Source: an uncultured Porphyromonadaceae bacterium (GTDB lineage: Bacteria > Bacteroidota > Bacteroidia > Bacteroidales > Muribaculaceae). From it: a DNA stretch of 64,000 nt. The position numbers and the translations under genes were made by a program. Shown here piece by piece: positions 19,547 to 27,136 of this stretch. Location: assembly GCA_902468245.1 (NCBI GenBank), contig CABQXY010000028.1:412802-476801 (forward strand). The letters run 5' to 3'. The notes under the pieces were generated by a model. It did not search any database. It was not told the DNA's origin and saw only the letters and a list, made by a program, of their open reading frames with translations. How positions within the stretch are numbered: the first letter of the stretch is position 1; every line of letters begins with the position of its first letter.

Positions 19547-20161
19547 ATGACACCTGAAGAATTTCTGCAAAAATTTGACTGGATGGGACGGTTCAAGTAT
19601 TCTGTCCAGACCATAAAGGATAATAAAACGATATGGGTATTGAAGGCTTCCGACGGGTCTTATCCCATTTCCGAGGGTAGACCTAAAAAGTTTTGTGTCT
19701 GGGCTGAGGAAATCCATGCTCGGTATGAGTGTACAGACGGCTGGGAAGATACAATCCCGACTCCAATGTCGTATGAAGACTTCATGTCGGAGATATATCC
19801 GGTGTTGAAAAAGCGTAAGGTGAACATAATACTTGTGTCGCCTATGAGAAATAGGCGAGGAAAGGAGGTGTCGGTATCGGAATTCATTGATAAAATCGGA
19901 ATGGCAACAGGTGCTGATCCTAATAATAATATTCCTATTGAGCCGGAACCCGAACTAATACCCATCGACAGAAAGGTCCTGAAAGAGTTGTTTGACTATC
20001 TTGACGAGGCGTTAAGTATAGAAGAATGTAATAATGATTTGCGTCTGACCATATCCTATCTCAGGAATCATGGAGTCCGGAATATAGACAATGCCGTGGC
20101 GTGGCTTCAATCCAAAGGAGGATACTGCGACTGCGAGGTTTTGGCCAACGTGGAAGAGTAA
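19547..20161 (+). CDS. hypothetical protein, CRISPR-array adjacent (two-part; C-terminal W..GGYCDCE motif)
   Basis: 204 aa, low-GC ORF with reasonable coding bias; no family confidently recognised. Confidence 0.5.
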   Translation: MTPEEFLQKFDWMGRFKYSVQTIKDNKTIWVLKASDGSYPISEGRPKKFCVWAEEIHARYECTDGWEDTIPTPMSYEDFMSEIYPVLKKRKVNIILVSPMRNRRGKEVSVSEFIDKIGMATGADPNNNIPIEPEPELIPIDRKVLKELFDYLDEALSIEECNNDLRLTISYLRNHGVRNIDNAVAWLQSKGGYCDCEVLANVEE

Positions 20162-20288
20162 TGCTTGAGAAGCGGCTATTACTTTGACAACAGCTAATTA
20201 ATACACCGCATTCCACAAGTAGCTGATAGATGTAAACAAGATCAATTTTTATATTACGATTCATGGCAAAGACGGAATCAAGGAAATA

Positions 20289-21166
20289 GTTCTATTATTT
20301 ATGCACTACGAATCACATCGACGATACGGCCATCTATCCGTTGGTCCCCGTTGTGATTTGCTTTAGATTTATTATTTTTGCACTACGAATCACATCATTG
20401 GTTATGAAATTGAGAATCTCGTGCTTGTTGTGATTTGCTTTAGATTTATTATTTTTGCACTACGAATCACATCAGGAGCTGTCGTTGGTGTATGATGCCG
20501 TAAGTTGTGATTTGCTTTAGATTTATTATTTTTGCACTACGAATCACATCGTACTTTTTGTGGAAACCGTCCTCGCCATCGTTGTGATTTGCTTTAGATT
20601 TATTATTTTTGCACTACGAATCACATCTATTGTAGCATTTTGCTATGGATCTGATTAGTTGTGATTTGCTTTAGATTTATTATTTTTGCACTACGAATCA
20701 CATCTTAATAGCCACCGTTAAAGAGCTGGCCCCGGTTGTGATTTGCTTTAGATTTATTATTTTTGCACTACGAATCACATCTGCAACAAACGAAAGTACT
20801 GGTGAATCAGCGTTGTGATTTGCTTTAGATTTATTATTTTTGCACTACGAATCACATCTAGACTTTGCATGACCAGCGTCACCTCCTCGTTGTGATTTGC
20901 TTTAGATTTATTATTTTTGCACTACGAATCACATCTTGTTAATTCGTCTCCCAGCTCCAGCCCCTGTTGTGATTTGCTTTAGATTTATTATTTTTGCACT
21001 ACGAATCACATCGTGCGCCTGTAACGTTGACGACGACATAAGGTTGTGATTTGCTTTAGATTTATTATTTTTGCACTACGAATCACATCATTAGCAATAT
21101 TAGACTGACCAAGAGGAGTGTTGTGATTTGCTTTAGATTTATTATTTTTGCACTACGAATCACATC
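20289..21166 (+). CRISPR. CRISPR array: 5'-truncated repeat (20289-20319) + 11 identical 47-nt repeats GTTGTGATTTGCTTTAGATTTATTATTTTTGCACTACGAATCACATC, with eleven 30-nt spacers; period 77 nt
   Basis: Repeats start at 20350, 20427, 20504, 20581, 20658, 20735, 20812, 20889, 20966, 21043 and 21120. Eleven unique 30-nt spacers lie between repeat units, e.g. S1 GACGATACGGCCATCTATCCGTTGGTCCCC and S11 ATTAGCAATATTAGACTGACCAAGAGGAGT. The repeat length and GTTGTGATTTGC start are typical of Bacteroidetes type II-C arrays. Confidence 0.95.
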
Positions 21167-21196
21167 ACAATGCGTGTATTGTATTGATATTCACAG

Positions 21197-21243
21197 TGGT
21201 ATAGTGATTCGTAGAATAAAAAAACGCTCCTTTAAATTGGAGC
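21197..21243 (+). repeat. probable degenerate terminal CRISPR repeat (preceded by a 12th spacer-like 30 nt, 21167-21196)
   Basis: GTATAGTGATTCGTAGAATAAAAAAACG aligns loosely with GTTGTGATTTGCTTTAGATTTATTATTTTTG at the expected 77-nt phase. Confidence 0.35.
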
Positions 21244-21256
21244 GTTTTTATTTTCT
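21214..21256. terminator. bidirectional intrinsic terminator between CRISPR array and cas2
   Basis: A-run, AACGCTCC-TTTAAATT-GGAGCGTT hairpin, T-run (TTTTTATTTT); works for the plus (array) and minus (cas operon) transcripts. Confidence 0.6.
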
Positions 21257-21324
21257 GTAGGAGAATAGCATTCTCCACATTATTAGAGATATCTTCTATC
21301 TTTTAGAAATCATACTCTGCTATA

Positions 21325-21675
21325 TCAGAATAGTTCAAGTTGGATGGCATCCGGAAGTGGCGTGCTTTTCTTCGTTCCTTCAAATAGCAAGATCTCTCTA
21401 AACTGGCGTTCGGTTATTGTAATGATACATACCTTACCCTCATTGGGTATCTGTTTTTTTATTCTGTTTACATGAACATCTGTATTTTCTCTGGAGGCGC
21501 AGTTTCTGACATATATGGAATACTGAAACATCGTGAAGCCATCGGAGATCAAATATTTACGAAAATCCGAGGCATCCTTTCGTTGCATCTTTGTTTCCGT
21601 AGGGAGGTCAAACATGATTAATATCCACATGAGTTGATAAGAACTAATTCTGTCGTAGGAAACATAATGCGCCAT
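21325..21675 (-). CDS. cas2: CRISPR-associated endoribonuclease Cas2
   Basis: 116 aa; MWILIMFDLPTETK...YSIYVR typical Cas2 N-terminus; immediately downstream of cas1. Confidence 0.85.
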   Translation of the reverse strand: MAHYVSYDRISSYQLMWILIMFDLPTETKMQRKDASDFRKYLISDGFTMFQYSIYVRNCASRENTDVHVNRIKKQIPNEGKVCIITITERQFREILLFEGTKKSTPLPDAIQLELF

Positions 21676-21693
21676 ATTGCGATGGATTAACTA

Positions 21694-22611
21694 TTAAATC
21701 GGGATTCTCGGATAGATCACCTTCCTGCTTTCTTTTGAGAAACATTTTGCAAGAGAAGATGTTGTTATGGATGCCGCCACGAGCAGAGGACGTCGGATTT
21801 TTCCGAAACTCACATCCAAATTAGGAATTGTCAGTAACGTTTTCTTGGCTTCTTTGTCCAAGCCATTATTCAGATTCTGTTTCAACACCATATCCGCGAC
21901 AAGTAAATCGACATACGGCCTATATGGTTCCATAATATCATCAGCGAGGCAGTTGGCATTATATTTATTGGAATGATGGATTCCGATTAAAGGCGTCAGA
22001 CCACTCCCCACGATACTACGTGCAATGATTGCTCGTAATATGGCGTATCCATAATTTAGAAAAATGTTGATGTCATCTTCTCCGTCCTTATCTCTCCTGA
22101 ATCTGCCTGATTCCATGAACATATTCCGCCAATAATAAGCTGCAGCCCTTCCTTCAAGATTTTCCGGATCTCCACTTCTTACACTTGACGCCCATTTAAT
22201 CATATTCCCGATATTCAGTCCAGTTACCTGGCGTAGAACAGCCCCTTGATTCAGAATTTTTGCCGATACTGTCTGCTGCCATAATTGCTTCTTCAATGGT
22301 AGTGATGCTTGAATCTGAGCGATAGACTTCTCCGATTGAAGTGTATGGGCTTCAAGAGGAAGAATCATATTTGCCGGCATGTGTTTAGAGTCGCAGAAAA
22401 TGACTCCTATATTATTCTGTATCAGTTCCGAAACAAGAGATGATGTGAGAGTGACCTGACCACTCTCTATCATCATAATTCCGATATCTTCAATCGGACG
22501 AGTTATGACTTCTTCCTCACCTGTAAGCTCATTCTCCCTCTTTATTACCAGTTGCTTTAATTTTAAAGATAGATAAGCTTTCTTAGAGAATACCAATGTC
22601 TTCTTTATCAT
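21694..22611 (-). CDS. cas1: CRISPR-associated endonuclease Cas1 (type II)
   Basis: 305 aa; Cas1 integrase fold motifs; 2-nt gap after cas9 stop. Confidence 0.9.
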   Translation of the reverse strand: MIKKTLVFSKKAYLSLKLKQLVIKRENELTGEEEVITRPIEDIGIMMIESGQVTLTSSLVSELIQNNIGVIFCDSKHMPANMILPLEAHTLQSEKSIAQIQASLPLKKQLWQQTVSAKILNQGAVLRQVTGLNIGNMIKWASSVRSGDPENLEGRAAAYYWRNMFMESGRFRRDKDGEDDINIFLNYGYAILRAIIARSIVGSGLTPLIGIHHSNKYNANCLADDIMEPYRPYVDLLVADMVLKQNLNNGLDKEAKKTLLTIPNLDVSFGKIRRPLLVAASITTSSLAKCFSKESRKVIYPRIPI

Positions 22612-22612
22612 A

Positions 22613-25600
22613 TTACGACATATTGTCGAAGTCTATCTCTCCGAGTTGTGAAATGCTGATCTTATGAGGATTAAGGGCTAAGAAAGAGCTTATGGATTGG
22701 GTATTATAAAACATTTTCATCTCCTTATCTCCTTCATTGATTTTGGCTGTAGTATCTGTATGGAACTTGAAACTATAATTATTTGGTGACAATTTCCACA
22801 CTCGATATAGGTGCCTGTTGATAGCAGAATGATTCCGAGATGCGATGGCGTCGTTCCATTCATCTTCACTCAGTCCAAGCACTATCATCTCATTTCTCTG
22901 TAGGCTCATGACAAACTGAGAGTCATGTGGCGGCAATTTGGTTATAATCTCCTGAATATCGGAATTGTCTTCCATATTCGCAATCATATCCCATACCGAA
23001 GCCGGATCGGTTATGATTACAGGAATCCCATAGCGTTTCCTCTTGATGCCATCCCAGAACGATACAACAGACTCAGTAATCTTTCCATCCGGATTCTGAT
23101 AGAATGCAAGATGGTGATTGTTTCTGGTTTGAGAGAAACCGATTTCTTTTCCGGTTAGAGTTTTCTTGACGCATGCCAACGTATCTGCTTTAAGTCCTGT
23201 AAAGCATCTGACATTACGTATCGCACACTTCCCATTCTCATCCGAGCAAATCGAATTTTCAATCAGACTTTTAACGAAATCCTTCTCTCCAACTTCGTCA
23301 AAACGCTCCTGGAACTTACGGCGGATGGATAAATCAACAATACTGTTGATATCCGATTGCTTTTTTATGCTTTCAATCGGATATTTGATAACAAACTCCT
23401 CTCCGTAGCAATCAGCCTGTTCTACTGTATGTCCATTGACAACCAAAGGAGACTTCTTAAGTTGTTTCAAGATCTTACTAATATTTCCGTCGCTTTCTTT
23501 CAGTAGATTCAAAACTGCAGTTCTGATATTGTTATCCACTATGGCATCAGGATTGTTGAATATATGTTTCAGATTCTTCTTACCGATTGGAACCTTAATT
23601 TTTCCGTAAACGGAATCTTTGGTGAGGGCAGCACGAGGAACAAGAATGCCTTTTTGGACACATTTGCGCTTCCCGTTACGCTTTACATATCTCTTGCCGG
23701 GAGTGGCAAGTTTTTTACCGGGTTTGAAGGAAACCGAGATGTTATTGACAGCATCCTGCACTTCCTTGACAGATATATGAGGTTGTGCCGACGCCCACTT
23801 ATCCAGATTCACCTTATCTGAAGCTGACTTATCCGAATCTGCATTCAGGGTATTAAGTCGCTGAATGTATCCCTGTCGCGTAAGTGCTATTACAAGAGCG
23901 TCTATGGCATGATGGCGATGATCCATTCGTTTTGTCCAGTCCTTGATTCGTTCTGTCGTATGTGTCTGGGCATGGGTAGTGTATTCAACTTCTTCAACAA
24001 GATCTGCATTGCGGTATTTGGGCAGATTTAGGTCATGCAGCACGTTGTCATACCCCCACACATGACGGAAGAAACTTGTTACAGCCCCGGATGAAGCATA
24101 GACATTTCTGAACATTTGGGAGAGAATCTCACGTGCTTTCTTGGCGATATACTGGCTTTCGCGCAGATCCCTCTCTATAAAATCCGAAGGAATTTCCGAG
24201 GAAGACATCTTAAGATTGTTGCGCTTAGTCTTTGAGATCTTCCCATTCTTATAAAGTTCCTCAACACGGTCGAGATATGCATTGAATTCGGAATCACTCT
24301 TGGTTTTCATGAAATCATAACCGGTGAGCGCACCCTTAGCCTTGTTACACTCACGACATGAGCATACCTTGTTGGAGAAACTGTCATCGAATAAGCGGGA
24401 GCGAGGTATGATGTGTTCTATCTCGTATCCATGACCTTCGATAAATTGAGATGGAGTAACCACAGCACCGCAATATATACATTTATTCCCGGTCTCCTGA
24501 AGCATCCGCATCTTCTGTATACGGCGACGGGTAGGAGAGATGTTGAGTTCCGCTATCATGTCGGCGAATTTCTGATTCTCTTTCTCCTGCTTGTTGATTC
24601 TTGTCGTAGTTTCCGCTCTATCTTCTTTATTCTGTTTCAGTTCCCGGGCAAGTTCTATGCGTACCTCATCGATTTCGCCAAAACGGTCTGTCACAGCATT
24701 AGTCAGATTAATGGTCTGATTGATGATTTTCTCTACAATAGGCTGGCGGAGTTCTCCTTTGTTAAGCCTGTCAAGACGAGGCTTAAGTGTGCGGGCATTG
24801 TTCTCCTCTGCAGTCATGGAGCCGGAATGATTCACCCCGCACAGCTCGCAAGCTTTACTATAGCCATTACCCTCCATGAGATGAGGGAGGATACGTCGAA
24901 TAAACTTTGCGGATTTATTGGCATACCCATCTTTTACGAAGTCTATGGCATACAGCTTCTCAAGAGTCTCAGCATCTGAGATATTGAATTTTCGAGAAAG
25001 ACAATCAAACAGTTCTTTTTTGTCTTTGATGGAGTATAGTGTATGCCATAGCTGATAAAGCGGCTCGTCAAGATACGACAGATCGATTACAGGTTCTAAA
25101 GCACCTGTATTTTTGTCGACCTTATCGGTTATCTTGACCTTGAACTTCAGTAGTTCCTCTTTCCCGGGGTAATCAGCCAATGCTTTGGCAATGGCGCAAT
25201 ACGTCTTATTCCCTTGTATGCCTTTAGCAAGAGCTTGATCTGATTTAAATCCGTCAGCCTGCTTCAGACCTAATAGGCCGAGGAGTTTGCTTTCCGATAG
25301 TCTGTCGTTGGTATTTAGATAATCGAATATCCGCAGTCTTTCCTCAGGATTAATCGGGAATTCATACTGTAACTTTCTCACGTCTGTTGGCGTTGTATCC
25401 ATCCCGTCGAACAATGACGGTTGCACAATTTTCCTTCCTTTTAGACGTGGATTTACCAGACGAATGTTATTAATCGATTCGTACAATTTGCAAACCTGTG
25501 CTAATGGCGATGACTTAGGTGTTACCTTCGGTCCGCTATCCACTTCTTTACCTGCGGAATTTTTAAAGGTTCGCTTTTCAAAATCGCAGTAGGATACAAG

Positions 25601-26341
25601 GTGCTTGCACGATTTAAGCGGACGTTGAAAGAATATGAGATTCTTCAACTTTGTGATATTCTCATCAGTAAGGATTTCGGGATAGAATTCCTTCTGAGCA
25701 TTTATGATGGCATCAAATTCCTGAGCATACGCCTCTCGAGGGAATACTTCTTCTTTTATCCTATATGTGTATTGTTTCTTGCCTCGACTACTTTCTGCCT
25801 CGGATTCTTTCAACTTGTTGTAGAAAAATTGACCGATAGTCTGATTTAAGGCTTTGATTTCGGAGTATCGATTGTTTACGCGTGTTACGTATTCTGTCTG
25901 TTTGGAATCACCCATGTCGGACTTTGCATGGCGATAACCTCTGCGCTTATTTAGATGCAACAAAACACGTGCGATGTCTGATTTAGAAAGTTGTATGCCG
26001 GGAGTAGACGCATCGCTCCGGAGTTTCCAGGTCTCAAGTGGATTCAGAGGCGGAAAGACTTCTGATTTATCCACCATTCCGAGTTCTATAAGGAATGATC
26101 TGAGAGATTCCCGACGTTGCTGGTATCTATCAAGCATTTTACGCGCGGTTCTTCTTGCGGTACGTTGCGAACAGGGCGTCTCACCCTTTCCGGCTGAAAA
26201 ATCAGAAGCCTCATTGTTTTCGTATTGAATAATGCGGCTGCCTAATCCCAAAAGTTGAATGACATTGGAATCTTTGTCTGATATATCAATTACACTCCAA
26301 CCTATTGATGCTGTTCCGAGGTCAAGTCCGAGTATTTTCAT
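22613..26341 (-). CDS. cas9: type II-C CRISPR-associated endonuclease Cas9
   Basis: 1242 aa; RuvC-I MKILGLDLGTASIGWSVI, arginine-rich bridge helix SQRTARRTARKMLDRYQQRR, HNH motif EIEHIIPRS...CSCRECNKAKG, RuvC-III HHAIDALVIA; no csn2/cas4 in locus. Confidence 0.95.
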   Translation of the reverse strand: MKILGLDLGTASIGWSVIDISDKDSNVIQLLGLGSRIIQYENNEASDFSAGKGETPCSQRTARRTARKMLDRYQQRRESLRSFLIELGMVDKSEVFPPLNPLETWKLRSDASTPGIQLSKSDIARVLLHLNKRRGYRHAKSDMGDSKQTEYVTRVNNRYSEIKALNQTIGQFFYNKLKESEAESSRGKKQYTYRIKEEVFPREAYAQEFDAIINAQKEFYPEILTDENITKLKNLIFFQRPLKSCKHLVSYCDFEKRTFKNSAGKEVDSGPKVTPKSSPLAQVCKLYESINNIRLVNPRLKGRKIVQPSLFDGMDTTPTDVRKLQYEFPINPEERLRIFDYLNTNDRLSESKLLGLLGLKQADGFKSDQALAKGIQGNKTYCAIAKALADYPGKEELLKFKVKITDKVDKNTGALEPVIDLSYLDEPLYQLWHTLYSIKDKKELFDCLSRKFNISDAETLEKLYAIDFVKDGYANKSAKFIRRILPHLMEGNGYSKACELCGVNHSGSMTAEENNARTLKPRLDRLNKGELRQPIVEKIINQTINLTNAVTDRFGEIDEVRIELARELKQNKEDRAETTTRINKQEKENQKFADMIAELNISPTRRRIQKMRMLQETGNKCIYCGAVVTPSQFIEGHGYEIEHIIPRSRLFDDSFSNKVCSCRECNKAKGALTGYDFMKTKSDSEFNAYLDRVEELYKNGKISKTKRNNLKMSSSEIPSDFIERDLRESQYIAKKAREILSQMFRNVYASSGAVTSFFRHVWGYDNVLHDLNLPKYRNADLVEEVEYTTHAQTHTTERIKDWTKRMDHRHHAIDALVIALTRQGYIQRLNTLNADSDKSASDKVNLDKWASAQPHISVKEVQDAVNNISVSFKPGKKLATPGKRYVKRNGKRKCVQKGILVPRAALTKDSVYGKIKVPIGKKNLKHIFNNPDAIVDNNIRTAVLNLLKESDGNISKILKQLKKSPLVVNGHTVEQADCYGEEFVIKYPIESIKKQSDINSIVDLSIRRKFQERFDEVGEKDFVKSLIENSICSDENGKCAIRNVRCFTGLKADTLACVKKTLTGKEIGFSQTRNNHHLAFYQNPDGKITESVVSFWDGIKRKRYGIPVIITDPASVWDMIANMEDNSDIQEIITKLPPHDSQFVMSLQRNEMIVLGLSEDEWNDAIASRNHSAINRHLYRVWKLSPNNYSFKFHTDTTAKINEGDKEMKMFYNTQSISSFLALNPHKISISQLGEIDFDNMS

Positions 26342-26453
26342 GATGACTATATAATTTATAATTATAAATTGCAGTTTTGATTACAAAACTAATAAAATAA
26401 GTTCATGAAAACAATTTTTTGCACTATTATTTGAATAATTCGTTTTTTTGATA

Positions 26454-26461
26454 TAAATTTG
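26454..26461 (+). promoter_or_regulatory. Bacteroidetes sigma-A -7 element (TAAATTTG = TAnnTTTG) with TTTG -33 element 20 bp upstream (26430-26433), driving the tracrRNA
   Basis: match to the TAnnTTTG/-33 TTTG consensus, positioned 6 nt upstream of the anti-repeat. Confidence 0.45.
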
Positions 26462-26465
26462 TGAC

Positions 26466-26558
26466 GCAAAAATAAACTAAAGCAAATCACAATAAGGATT
26501 ATTCCGTTGTGAAAACATCTGAGGAGGGAAATCAAATGATTTCTCTCCTGTCTTTTAA
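26466..26558 (+). ncRNA. tracrRNA: predicted tracrRNA (divergent from cas9)
   Basis: 26468-26492 AAAAATAAACTAAAGCAAATCACAA is the reverse complement of repeat nt 1-24 (22/24 with one bulge). It is followed by the nexus-like TAAGGATTATTCCG. Then comes the hairpin GGAGGGAAATCA-AA-TGATTTCTCTCC (26523-26548) and TGTCTTTTAAT. Confidence 0.65.
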
Positions 26559-27000
26559 TGTTGGATGCTTATATAATTATGACGTAATGCCCAAATATGG
26601 CATCGGTTCAACGCAGTAAAATAAAGAGGGTGGGCCCGACTGATAAGAAGTGCTGGTAATGGGAGACAGATGCCGTCGCTAAAGCTTCGGGCTGGAACAA
26701 AAACAGATGGCACAGCAAAAAAAGAGCGGGTGATGGTGGAAATAATAGGTGTCGCGGATATCGGGTGGATGTGCAAAATATAAGCGGATAAATGGTAGGA
26801 TTGGAATAGAGTTGTCCAAAATATTTTGTAAGTGGTTGAAAATAAGATATGTGGAAATTTATAAAGGTTGAAAAGTTTTCCAAAACGAAAATCTTTTGAA
26901 ATTTTTAGGCGTTTATAGTTGTCGTAAAGAATTAATTTTGTAACTTTGTATCGGAATTGGGATGTGCTCAGTTTAGATACCATTTCGATATCATTCCGAT

Positions 27001-27108
27001 GCCGTTAATGACAGTCAAAACACGCATGCCGTTAATGACAGTCAAAACACGCATGCCGTTAATGACAGTCAAAACACGCATACCGTTAATGACAGTCAAA
27101 ACACACAG
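27001..27108. repeat. 4 x 27-bp perfect/near-perfect tandem direct repeat (GCCGTTAATGACAGTCAAAACACGCAT) ending 28 bp upstream of nrdD ATG
   Basis: copies at 27001, 27028, 27055 (identical) and 27082 (3 substitutions). Confidence 0.9.
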
Positions 27109-27136
27109 TTAACAAAATATAAACAGACCCAGGAGC

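Noticed and set aside
20250-20275. TATATTACGATTCAT upstream of the truncated first repeat as a further degenerate repeat
   Set aside because: Only about 10 nt resemble the repeat 3' end and the phase (77 nt) does not fit. It is likely coincidence in an AT-rich leader.
21195-21215. GTGATTCGTAG next to the array as the tracrRNA anti-repeat
   Set aside because: Only 11 nt, and complementary to the 3' part of the repeat, which is not the portion retained for tracrRNA pairing in type II crRNAs. It is in the same sense as the array transcript for the alternative polarity. It is better explained as part of a degenerate terminal repeat. The 24-nt anti-repeat at 26468-26492, with nexus, hairpin and promoter, is far stronger.
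26555-26983. 142-aa and 91-aa minus-strand ORFs in the region between cas9 and nrdD
   Set aside because: The region is AT-rich and low-complexity, has no codon bias, and overlaps the predicted tracrRNA terminator region. It is more likely non-coding leader.
26571-27000. Cobalamin riboswitch upstream of nrdD
   Set aside because: I could not find a B12-box (GCCACTG-like) or the GGTG..AA.TCC core on either strand. NrdD is B12-independent, so there is no strong prior.
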